Source: Azolla caroliniana (taxonomy: Eukaryota; Plantae; Polypodiophyta). From it: a stretch of 63,971 bases of DNA. Below the pieces are notes generated by a model that was given only the letters and a program-made list of their open reading frames with translations, did not search any database and was not told the DNA's origin. Position 1 is the stretch's first letter. Every line of letters starts with the position of its first letter. The translations under genes were made by a program, and so were the position numbers. Positions 24,260-36,289 of the stretch are shown in pieces. The DNA is taken from NCBI GenBank assembly GCA_043228905.1, contig JBHGNT010000008.1:8556030-8620000 (forward strand), in the 5' to 3' direction.

Positions 24260-27081
24260 ATGGAAGTCATCACCGAGGAGGCCATCTGAGCCATGACTGG
24301 CCTACCGGAAGGAAGAATCTACTTGATCGACAACCCTTCGCCGGAGCAACTGACGAGGTATTTTGGGGAATACTCCCTGGGCAGCAAGGCGTACCGAACG
24401 CAGGGCGATGAAGATCTCTTGTTTTAGGAAGTTGCCCGGGTACTCCACGAGTATGACCATGTGTACTCCCGGCCACCGGCGATGCCCAGGAATAGAGCCG
24501 GTCTGATCATAGCCACCTACGAGGGAGTACAGGTGGATTGGCCGGTAATGATTGCCGACGGCCTGAGTGTTGCCATCGTTTCGATAAAAGATGGCAAAAA
24601 GATGTGGACAGCAGTGGCGCAATGGCTCACTTTGTTAGCACCACTGGTGGAGCCCATGAAACAAAGGAAGAGGGGAAGTTCGACAGAAGCAATCCCCAAA
24701 ATAGCTTCAAAACGGCAACAACTCCTAGCTACCCAGGCGAAGGAATGGCCTAATCGGAAGTGGCTGGCAGAGAAGGAGGCCTCGGTGGACACCTCGGGGA
24801 GACCGTTGAAAATCAAGCTGCTCTTGATGGAACATCAAGCAGAGCAGCAACTGGAGAAAACGTAGGGGCAAGACCCCTTGGCGGCGGTAACTAGCAATGA
24901 GACCCTGGAAGAACAACAATAGGAAGACGAGCTGACCGAGACGCTGCTACGACATCACCAGACAAGAGACAAGGGCCACGAAGGGGGAACATCAAGGCTA
25001 ATGGAGGACAATAGACGGGAACCCTCCCTTGAGGAGCTGCAACCGAGGAAGGTGGCAAAACGGGCTCAATAAGACTCGGGGATGGAGCAAGGGCTGCGGG
25101 AGGACATCACGGAACCGGCGGTCCAGGACACAACAGTACCGGTGAATCAAGAACCGGTCATTGAATTGCTGGCATCACTGCCGTAGCAGCAACAGCCAGA
25201 ACGGGAGCGGCTGTGTGACGTAACTGTCAATAGTAGGCTTGTGACCAGTGGAAACGCCATCCCACCACCAGAACTGGCACGACCACAAGCCAATGTCAGT
25301 TGATGGCTCCGTTGGGTGGCAGAACAAGTGATTCGTGTTGTCGACTAGTTAGAAGCAGAGGAGAAAGCGCAAGAATCCCGGTTGCCAGCCACAATCGAGG
25401 AATTAGAGATGGCCCGGTCAAGAATCCGGAGCATGGAAGAAGACATAAAGAAGGCCAGAACAGACATGGCCAAGTTGGTCATAGAAGGACCACAATAATC
25501 AAAACTAGTGGCCCTAGTAACTCGACAAAATGACCAAACCCCGATGACGGCGGCGGACCTAGATACTCATGACTCGTCAGCACAGGAGCTTGCCACACTA
25601 AGGCTGCACAAGAAGCCTTACGGGCTAAGGAACGAAAATTGAAAAAAGTGGTGGAGGAGGAACAAAGGAGAACGGTCGACAACCTCCGCCGAATAGAGGA
25701 AAGCCTGAGAAGAGGTCATCAAGCATATGACCGGCTAAAAGAAGAGAAAGACAAACTTCTGCAAGAAAAAGAGAAACTCTGGAGGACGACGGAAGTAGAG
25801 ATTGAGCGCCTCAAAGAAGAGCTCCGGCAACAAAAAGACCGTGAGGACCGCGCTTGCCAGCTTATAAATCAAAAGCTCAAACAGAAAACCGACGACTTCG
25901 ACCGACTACACCGGGATTATAAGCATTTGGATGCCGATCATAAGAAATTGACTACTGAAAGTGACCGGCAGTAGGAAAAGTGCAGAGAACTCCGGGAGGA
26001 AGTTAACCGGTTGACAACAGTAGTGATGGAAGAGCAGTCGAAGGGAGGAGCCGAACAAGCGAAACAACTGGCGGCAGGAGCGAAAGAGCGACTGGACCTG
26101 CAAGTGCAGCACCATGCGGAAACAGAGCGCGCTACAATGGCTTTGAATAGAGTTCAGACGACATATCAGACCCAACTCATGCACTACAGAAGACAAGAAG
26201 TGGCAACGGCAAGCCTGATCAAACAATTGAAGGACGAAAAACAGGCCGCGGAAAACAAGTTGAAGATGGGACTAGGGCGGATCCGGGACATCGTACTGGC
26301 ATGGAAGAATTGAACGAAGCAATTGGTGGGACAAAGCTCAATACAGTGGTGGTCGAAATGGGCTAAGCATGCAGTCGAGCTACAGTTGCTGCGGGCAGAT
26401 GCGGAAAACCGACGGAAGGAAGGCGATGAAGTTTACATCCTGGATAGAGAAAGCATTGAAACAATAAAGGATGAACTATCGGATGATTTCCTATCCTTGG
26501 CTGATGAGCAGAGAGTGGTGGTACGCCAGTTGGTGGCACAACTGGATGATGACTAGTTGGACAACCAACTCTGTTCGTACTTTATGGCGATGGCAAGAAG
26601 TGGCCAAGATAACTGCGGCGATTAGCATAAGTGACGAGGAGCCATCTTTAAAACAAACGCCGGGTACAGCTGGGGTAAGCCAACCATATAGTACTCAAGA
26701 GGAGCCGCTAGCAGAAGGTCATCGGTAGGGACCCGGGCACGCTAGACAGTAGAACCAGGAGACGCCACGACCAGTTGAGCCGGAAAAGGAGGAAGAGCCG
26801 GTAAGATCAGTTGAGATGGAAATGGAGACAGAGCTGGTGCAACGGATGGAGATGCCAAGGCCAGGTGAGCCGGAAAAGGAGGAAGAACCGGTTAGACGGA
26901 CGGAGCCGCAGACGACGGATGTCAACCAGCAACAACCACAACTAGAGCCGGATCGGCAAGAGGAACCGCCACAGCTGCAGGAACAGCAGGAGGGGGAACA
27001 ACAATAGCAGATGATAGAACAACTTCCCGAGGAACCATTGGAACCCTTAGATCAAAATATTTTGGACATTTTGGAGGATGA
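24260..27081 (+). pseudogene. Extra sense-strand 3' ORF of K (~900 codons, degraded): globular N-part, long coiled coil, Glu/Pro/Gln-rich tail
   Basis: Collinear plus-strand ORF pieces 24461-24865, 25639-25974, 26011-26313, 26323-26556 and 26816-27007, separated mostly by single stops. Confidence 0.7.
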
Positions 27082-28080
27082 ATGAAGGCCGGATAGTGGG
27101 ATTCGACGTACAAGGTACTGTCCCACGGGCGTGCCATGTGTTAACCGGCCAGCAAGGAAAGTCCAGAATGGGAAACAAGGGGATAATTAATAACCGGGAG
27201 CTAATTATATATTTATATAGAATTATTATTGAGAAGCGAACGGACGGACACGGAATTGGTATGCCGATCCGGATCCGGACTGGTTTGTAGCCGGTTGCCA
27301 GTTGGCACCGGTTTGTACCTAAAGCCGGAGACCTATAGAAAGGGCCGACTAGATTGTAATCATTGGCGGATAATTAATAAAGTGTTGTTGTTCTATATCT
27401 GAATCATTGTTAATTACCATTCTGTGCTAAGTGTAATTTATCCTACGCGTGTATTGTGACTAAAGATATTGCTGCTAGTAACCCATTAAGGTTCCGTTAA
27501 TAGTCGGTCTAAATCTATCTCACTGTAACACCCCTTTGGTGAAGTGCCTCAAGGGGACACCCTGTGTTAGGCCATTGCTCGCCCCCTAGCGATAATAGAG
27601 ACCACATGTCCAAACACTTAAGTCCCTTGTGTATCTTCTTAATGCATTAGATTTTTGTATACTTCCCATAATCTCCTAATGTTTTACCCTTGGAATAAGT
27701 CGATTATCTCTACAACTTCTCAACTAAATCTTCTTACCACATCCACGATATCTCTTTATATGAACATCATTGTTCATTCTATATCATCATTGTCATCAAT
27801 CTTTCAAAACCTGTTTATTAGCTTCACATCCAAGCCATCTCCTTGCGTTGTTATTGTGCGGAGGCACGTATAGTAATTGTTGGTTTGACATTAGCCTACA
27901 GTGGCAGTAGTGGTGGTGATGGTAATAGTAGTTGCACCTTGGTTTCCCCCCTCATTCTCTACTTGTCTTTGTTGCTCATTGATGAACAATAGGTAGGGAG
28001 GGGGGACATCGTTCTCTTTTTCTCTCCCTCTCTCTCATTCATATCCTCCTAGTGCCTTTGGGCTTTCTTTGGTTCACTTG

Positions 28081-28423
28081 TGGGAATCAACAACGATTCG
28101 GTTTTGGCTTAACCAATTTGGCCTTGTCCAAACCAACCTGTTAAGTCTTAACTGGTTTGGGAGTTTCCAAACTTGAACCGAACCAGCCCCTAAACCGGTT
28201 AAGGCTAATCGCGTTAGTCTAAACCTGTTTAGCCAAGTCAATACAGCCTTAACTAGTTTGGAAACTGGTTTGACCCAAATAAGTTTGGTTTAGCTTGAGC
28301 CATCCCAATCCGAGTTCAAACCAGTTAAGGAAGCTCAAGCCTAAACCGAACCAAACTAAACTACTAAACTGCCAAACTGTTTAAAATGGTTTAACAGTTC
28401 AGTTGAGCCATTGTCAATTCTTA
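28081..28423. mobile_element. hAT-type MITE 2
   Basis: 8-bp TSD TTCACTTG/TTCACTAG; degenerate TIRs; AAACC/GGTTT motifs. Confidence 0.7.
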
Positions 28424-28468
28424 TTCACTAGCCCATGAGATCCCAATCAATGACTTTGGGCGTTCATG

Positions 28469-29033
28469 TAACAATTGGCATGGCATGATTTCGAGAGTCT
28501 CAGACTTGAATTGTTCAAAAAATTTTGAAACTTAAACCAAACCACAAAATTGTTTAAAATCGAAACCACCCAAACTAAACCATTATAAAAAAATCCAAGC
28601 TCAAACAAACGGCTTTAGATATTTTCAAATCATTAAGCCGTTAAAACTACAGCTTCGTGTTTTGATTTTGGTTTCTAATTTGATCAAAATTCAATGTTTA
28701 AATTTAAAAAAATTTAATATTTCAAAATTCAAATATTTAAATATTTTTTCTAAATGTCAAAATTAGGCTTAAAAACTACAAGGTTGTTCAAGCAAATGAT
28801 CAAGAAATAATGAAGTGTCAATGGTAGATCATTAAATCGTATAAACCTTTTAAACCATAGTTTCAACCATTTAAACAAAAAGCCCTTAAGCCGAAAAAGA
28901 CAAACAGAACAGTTGATCCCCAACCAAACTAAACCTTTTACAAAATCTTGAACTTGGACCAAACTGAACCATTTAAACCGTTAGGTCATGGTTTGGTTTG
29001 GTTTGGTTCAAACCGAACCATTGTTGATTGCTA
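28469..29033. mobile_element. hAT-type MITE 3
   Basis: 8-bp TSD CGTTCATG/CATTCATG; TIR TAACAATTGGCA vs TAGCAATCAACA; AAACC motifs. Confidence 0.72.
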
Positions 29034-29935
29034 CATTCATGGATTCAGTAGTCCACTAGAGCCCAATCAATGCCTTTGGGCTTTTGTGGATCCACATTTC
29101 CTCAGGTGAGATTTAGAACTTTCCAAAGTATTTGCCAAAATTTCATATCAGAGTCTGATGTCATCCTCAATCGGTGTGACAGGTTCGAGAATCAATCCTT
29201 CGATCGTAACTTTTTGTTTGGAGCTGCATCCTAGATATTTCATTGTGACCCTCATGGTGACCTCTTTGCATGGTCAACATTATAAGCCCTTTGGTAAGAA
29301 GTTCTGGGTTCTATCTTCTATTAGGCAATTTTTGTGTATCTAAGAATTCGTTAGCAACCCTTGTTCAATTACAATTCACTCAAAAATAGTAGCTTTGCTA
29401 GAAATATAATTATTGACAATATTATCTTACTATATCACATCAAATGTTTAAGAAACTGACTAGATACAAATGAGATGATAGTTCGACTTCGTTACATGGA
29501 GTGGCTAGAATGATAATAGATAAGATAAAGGTATTATAAGATTGAAGAGAAGCTTCAGGAGGAAATCCACGAGCTTCAGTGGAACATCCCAACAAATGAC
29601 AACCACATTGCCTCTTACAATCCTTGGCCTTGCACACTCTCTTTATTTGTTATCCCAAGCTAAAACAAAATTTTGGCAATGCTTCCATCCTGTGCAAAAT
29701 CAGATCCCCCAAACAATGAGCCTCCTTGGCCCTTTTATAGCTTCATCTTTGTAAATCAAAATAGTAGCCTCCTTTATTACCATGCACATGTCCTTAGCTT
29801 CCCAAGTGCCCAATGTGAGCAAAATGTTGATTGTCATGTCCATCCATTTACATTACCTTCACCAACCATTTCGATACACATGTTACCTTTGGACAAGATT
29901 CAAACCCTTGAACTTATCATTTTGAGAGGAAGCCC

Positions 29936-30308
29936 TATCGAATACAGGTTCATAATGGACATAAACATTGTCCATTTGGAGAGACTAGGTTTAGGCCATA
30001 TTTGTAAATATTGGAAAGGGAAGTTTCCTTAGTTCAATTTTTATTTAAACTAAACTTTGTAACCTAGTTCGTGGTTGTTGTTCATTATGTTGTTGTGCCA
30101 TTGTAACTTTGAGAGCAATAATACAACTACATATCTTTGTGCCTGCTGTGGTGTTTCTCTGTCTACTTGTTCTCTTGAGTCTTGATCTTGTTTCTTCTTA
30201 TTGTTGCATCCATTGATTTTAGTAGATTTTTTCTTCATGACTTTGCTCATCATCAAATAATAGGAGAAGTGTTGGTTTTGTTCTACATCCTGACAACTGC
30301 TCCCAACA
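29936..30308 (+). repeat. Older LTR of the copia C family, ending 3 nt before element C
   Basis: Similar along its length to 30312-30673; ends CCCAACA. Confidence 0.7.
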
Positions 30309-30870
30309 TCTTGTTGAATACGAGAAATAATGGACATATTCACATTATCCTATTTGGACATGCTAGGTTTTAGGCTATTTATGTAAATAGTGGAGAGGGC
30401 ACTTGCCCTAAGTCAGTTGGTATTTAAACTAACTCTTGTAACCTAGTTCTTGTTGTTTATATTGTACTGTGCAATTGTAACATTGAGCATAATAATACAA
30501 TTGCATTGCCATGTGTCTACTTTGTGGTGTCCCTCTTCTCATTGTCTTCTATTTGATCTTGTCTCTGATTAAAGTGCTTTCACTCTTATAATCTGTTACT
30601 ATTTGCTACCTACTTGAGATCTTCATAGAAAGACTGTTGCTTCTTGTTCCGCACCTAACGGCTGGTTCCAACATGTGGTATCAGAGCTTGGTGTTTTTGA
30701 TTCTACATCCAGTCGCCCTTTGCTTCCAACAGAATCTCTTCCTTAGTATTCTCTCAAGATCTTTCTGTCAACTACATTTTGGTATAACAGATTCTGAGAT
30801 TTCAGTTAGCTTATATCTTCTGCTCAACAACTTCCACAAGCTCATCTTTTTTGCTTGAGAAGGAAAAAAT

Positions 30871-33800
30871 TGACAGGAACTACACGCTCCCGATGAACAA
30901 CGCTCGACCACAACCGAGCTTAGAATCAAACACAGCAAAAAAAATGGGAATGAATGCACGACACAATGGAGAGAAGAGTACACAGGATGTTTACGTGGAA
31001 AACCCAAACACGGGAAAAACCACAGTAGTCCACAGACTACTAACTATCACTATGTAACAATATACAATAGATGAACACATAGGAAACGACCTCTTGTTCA
31101 CTGTCTTCGCCAAAGGCGGCGGTTACAATAGAGGCAACAACCTCTTTTTCTTTCTCTCTCTCTCTCTCTGTACACTGTTACGCGCTCTAATCTTGCGCCA
31201 ACAAGAAAGACAACAATTCTAATGTTTGCCCTAAGTCATATTTATACTAATATGACTTTTCGGCTATTTACAAATATAGCCCCGATGGACTCTTAGAAAC
31301 ATATTTACGAATATGTCCCTTCATCCGGTGAACACTCCTGACCGGGCCTGCATCATCCGGCGCTTGCCGGGCACTCATCATCCGGTTCTCACCGGGACTT
31401 CCGTTTCCGGGTACTCCTCATGCGGTTCTCACCGGGTCTTTACCATCCGGCTCTTGCCGGGTACTCGTCATCTGGTTCTCACCGGGTCTTCCGTTGCCGG
31501 GTACTCCAATCTTATCCGGATGGACCTGTTTCCTAACAAACTCCCCCTTCACTCCGGCATGGGATGTCTTACTAGTCCGATCCGCTTCCGGCATGCATCC
31601 AGCTTGTCGGGTATCAGTACTTTGGTCAGCATATCTAACCCGTTCTCGGCCGTGTGGATCTTCGTTAGCACGAACTACTGGTCATCTACTCTTTCCCGGA
31701 TCCAGTGATACCTTCGCTGGATATGCTTCGTCCGGGAATGGTAGGTCGCATTCTTAGCAAGGTGGATGGCACTTTGACTGTCGCAATAGAGCCGGTATTC
31801 ATCTTGTCGGAAACTGAGCTCTCCGATGAAGTCCTTTATCCATAATATTTCCTTGCCGGCTTCCACAACCGCCATGTACTCCGCCTCCGTGGTTGACAAC
31901 GCAATCGTCTTCTGCAGCCTCGACTGCCACAAAAGAGCTCCCCCTGCATATGTCATTACATACCCGGATGTAGACCGGCTGGTATCCACATCAGCCGACA
32001 TGTCTGAATCGGTAAAATCGTCAAGTTGAGGTTTTCCAGAGCCGAATCAGAGACATATATTTAAAGTGCCCTTCAAGTACCGGAGTATCCATTTGACCGC
32101 ATTCCAGTGCTCCTTGCCGGGATTGCTCATAAACTGGCTCACCACTCCGACTGCATATCCTATATCCGGTCGGGTACACACCATTGCGTACATTAAGCTC
32201 CCGATGACAGAGGCATATGGAACCTTCATCATATCATCCTTCTCTGCTTTCGTCTTCGGGCTTTGCTTACAGGATAATCTGCAGTTTCCCGGGAGTGTCG
32301 ATCTGACCGGTTTCGCTTCTAACATGTTGAACCGCTGAAGCGCCTTTGTCACGTATTTCTCCTGTGACAACCACAATTGCTTCGTTGGTTGGTTCCGGAT
32401 GATATGCATCCCCAACATCTGTCTTGCCGAACCCAAGTCTTTCATTGCCAAAGTTCGGTTGAGAGCCTTCTTCAGCATCCGTATTTTGGCTTGGTCCCGT
32501 CTGACGATCAACATGTTGTCCACGTACAGAAGGAGTATCAGGAAGTCGCCTCCTTCGAACTTCTTCACAAACACGCAGTGATCGGCCTGCGTCTTGTGGT
32601 ACCCTTGATCGGTCATGAAGGAGTCGAACTTCCGGTACCATTGTCGGGGAGCCTGCTTCAGTCCGTACAGGCTCTTCTTCAACCGGCAAACCAGGTGCTC
32701 CTTCCCTTTCTCCACGAATCCTTCCGGTTGCTGCATGTAGATCTCCTCTTCGAGGTCACCATGAAGGAATGTCGTCTTCACGTCCAGTTGCTCTAGCTCG
32801 AGGTCCATGCTTGCCGCTATACTTAGCACCGTCCGGATGGAGGTCATCTTTACTATCGGGGCAAATATCTCGTCGAAGTCCACGCCCTTCTTCTGCTGGA
32901 ACCCCTTCACCACGATCCTGGCTTTTGTATCTCGGGGGTTTCTGGCATCTCCTGGTTTCAACTTGTACACCTAGTTGTTTCGGAGTGCCCGCTTTCCTTT
33001 TGGCAACTCCACCAATTCGTACGTATAGTTCTCGTGTAGGGAATCCATCTCATCCTGCATGGCACTTAACCATTTGCGGCTGTGGGTGTCATCCTTCGCT
33101 TCTTCAAAGCTTTCTGGCTCCTCCTCATTGGTTAGCAGCACATGCTCTGCATCCGGAAATCTCAGGGGGGGCCTTCTCTCTCTGATTGGATATCTCCATC
33201 TTTGGGCTTCGATAACTGGCTCCTCCATTTGCTCTTCATCCGAATCCAATTCGGGGTCTTGGCCGGTTTCGGTTTCAGCTTCCTCTACTTCTTCTTCTAC
33301 CGGTTCGGTATCCTCACCATAACCGGCTGGTTCCTCAAGTGCTAACCGGTCTCTTGCCGGTTGGGTCTGCTCATCGTAGAATCGATCCTTACCGGTCGAC
33401 TCAGAGTTCATTATCTTCTTTTCCGACTCCCAGTCGGCGAGCGTCTTGTCCTCCATGAAGATAATATCTCGACTCCGGAATACCTTCTTATCGACCAGGT
33501 CCCACACTCGGTAGCCGAACTCATCGTCACCGTAACTGAGGAATATGCATGGGAGGGTCTTCGGATCTAGTTTTCCTCTCTGGTCCTTAGCTACATGCAC
33601 ATACGCAAGACACCCGAATACCTTCAGATGCCGGTAGGACACTTCCTTACCGGTCTAGACTCTCTGGGGCGTGTCTCCGTCCAAGGGTACTGAGGGTGAT
33701 CTATTTATACCATTTGTTGCTGTCGACAGTGCCTCAACCCAAAACTTCTTGGGTAGTTTTGCATGCGCCAGCATACTCCGGACCCTCTCCATTATGTTAC

Positions 33801-36289
33801 GGTTCATCCTCTCGGCCAGCCCGTTTAGTTCCGGTGTCTTCGGCACGGTAAATTCAAGCCGGATTCCCTTCGAGCAACAATACTCCTCGAACTGCCCCCG
33901 GTATTCTCCTCCGTTATATGCTCGAACCGCCTTCAGCTTCCGGCCGGTTTCTCTTTCCACTCTCGCGTGGAGCTCTTTGAAGACGGATAGCACCTGATCC
34001 TTCGTCTTCAACGGTGTGGCCCATAGCTTCTGGCTGTGGTCATCTATGAACGACACAAAGTACTGTGATCCGGCATGTGACTTCGTGTCCACTTGACATA
34101 CATCAGTATGCACCAACTCTAGTGGTGCATTACGTCTCATCGGTGGCCTGGCTCGGAAGGAGGTCCGGTTTTGCTTACCGTCCAGACAATCAGTGCACTT
34201 CTCCAAGTGCACGTTCTTCACTGGAATGAGGTTGTCGTCTACAGGCCTCTTCATTCCCTTCTCGCTCATGTGACACAACCTTTTGTGCCACAGCTCACCG
34301 GTAGTGTCGGATGCCACGTTCACTTCCTCCGGACATAATCGGGCATTCATCAGGTACAACGTGTTTACCTTCCGGGCCCGAGCCACAATCAGCCTCCCTT
34401 TGCTGAACTTCATAACACCGTTCCGGATGCTACCCGTGTAGCCTTCATCATCTAGCCGACCGGCTGATATCAGGTTCAAACAAACCTCCGGAACGTGTCA
34501 GACATCCTTCAGCAGCAGCTTGCATCTGGTTGGTGTTGTCAACCACACGTCTCCTATGCCGACAATTCGGTATGTACCTTCATTCCCCACCCGGACACAG
34601 CCGTGATCAACGGCTGAGTAGGATGAGAAGCATTTCCGGTCCGGGGTAAGGTGGAAGGACGCTCCGGAGTCGACCACCCAGGTCATCTCGTTGCCGGCAA
34701 GGTTTAGCTCACTCTCCTCGGTGATGAGCATCAACTCTTCTTCACTTGCCGCGATTGCCGTCGTTCCCTTGCGGTCCGTTCCGCTCCGGTCTTTACCGTT
34801 CCGGTCCGGTGTCCGCTTCGAATCGGTACCATCGGTTTCCTTGTCTTTTCGGAAATGCCGACAGTTCTGCTGGAAGTGTCCCGGCTTGCCGCAATAGAAG
34901 CAAGTAGGCCTCCCCCTTGACTTTGACCGTGTCCCCGACTTTTCCCGGTTCTGGGGGCTACGGTTCCTTTGTCTTCCGCGTTCCGATTCGGTAAGGAGCG
35001 CTTTGGAATCGGAGCTCGTATCCTTATCTTTCCGATGCGCCTCCTCATCTAGCAAACTCGAGTCCACTCTTGCTAGGGATAACCGTATCCCTTCCGTCCC
35101 GACGTTGCCCAAAGTGACAACCAACGACTCCCAGCTATTTGGGAGGGAACCGAGTAGGAGTAGTGCTAGTACCTCATCGGCAAGAGGTACTTCCAATGAT
35201 GTTGCCTGGTGGATCAGCCCCAGGAAGGCATTCATGTGCTCCAGCATGCTGGAGCCGTCTTGGTACCAGAGCCTTACTAGCTTCCGAAATACTGAAACCT
35301 GATTAACAACATTTTTGTTTTGAAACATAATGCCGATCTTCTCCCAGAGCTCATGAGCCTTGCTCTCTTCATTGAAGTTGTTGTATAGACTCATGCCGAT
35401 GAAGCACCGTATGTACACCGTTGTCTTCATGTGCATCACCTCCCATATCGTTGCGTCGATTTTGTCCGGTCTCTTGTCCCTGAACTGAACCAGCAACCAA
35501 AGATCTTTAACCACGAGCATGTCCCTCATCTTCGACTTCCTCACCGAATAGTTGGAGCCGGTGAGCTTGAATATGCCTCCCAACGATTTGTCCATTTTTT
35601 GTGTCGTTTCGCTCTGATACCACTTTGACAGGAACTACACGCTCCCGATGAACAACGCTCGGCCACAACCGAGCTTAGAATCAAACACAGCAAAAAAAAC
35701 AGGAATGAATCCACGACACAATGGAGAGAAGAGTACACAGGATGTTTACGTGGAAAACCCAAACACGGGAAAAACCACGGTAGTCCACAAACTACTAACT
35801 ATCACTATGTAACAATATACAATAGATGAACACATAGGCAACGACCTCTTGTTCATTGTCTTCGCCACAGGCGGCGGTTACAACAGAGGCAACAACCTCT
35901 TCTTCTCTCTCTCTCTCTCTGTACACTGTTACGCGCTCTAATCTTGCGCCAACAAGAAAGACAACAATTCTAATGTTTTCCCTAAGTCATATTTATACTA
36001 ATATGACTGTTTGGCAATTTACAAATATAGCCCTGATGGACTCTTAGAAACATATTTACGAATATGTCCCTTCATCCGGTGAACACTCCTGACCGGGCCT
36101 GCATCATCCGGCGCTTGCCAGGCACTCATCATCCGGTTCTCACCGGGTCTTCCGTTTCCGGGTACTCCTCATGCGGTTCTCACCGGGTCTTTACCATCCA
36201 GCTCTTGCCGGGTACTCGTTATCCGGTTCTCACCGGGTGTTCCATTCCCGGGTACTCCAATCCCATCCGGAGGGACCTGTTTCCTAACA
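30871..36289 (-). mobile_element. Full-length copia B2 (B1 family): LTRs 30871-31538 and 35626-36289, PBS 35611-35622, PPT 31541-31550
   Basis: LTR pair, PBS and PPT; protein nearly identical to B1; no 5-bp TSD, flanked instead by a 225-bp direct repeat. Confidence 0.95.
31549..35595 (-). pseudogene. B2 gag-pol with a few stops/frameshifts
   Basis: ORFs 34498-35595, 33655-34479, 32971-33642, 32047-32970 and 31675-32001 give Gag-PR-INT-RT-RH in order. Confidence 0.95.

Larger units (their letters stand above)
20953..27597 (+). mobile_element. Ty3/gypsy K (Athila-like non-chromovirus): LTRs 20953-21382 and 27139-27597, PBS ~21390-21399, TSD GAGAT/GAGAC
   Basis: LTR pair; PBS TGGCGACCAC (tRNA-Arg type); RT DAFPLPF...FLDGFSGYNQI; no chromodomain. 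Confidence 0.93.
19400..29935 (-). mobile_element. Highly decayed probable gypsy element J, host of K and two MITEs; boundaries approximate
   Basis: Faint gag/protease-like translation; ~45-bp tandem repeats 28050-29095; degenerate PBS-like motif ~29152-29163; minus TATA ~29735. Confidence 0.3.
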
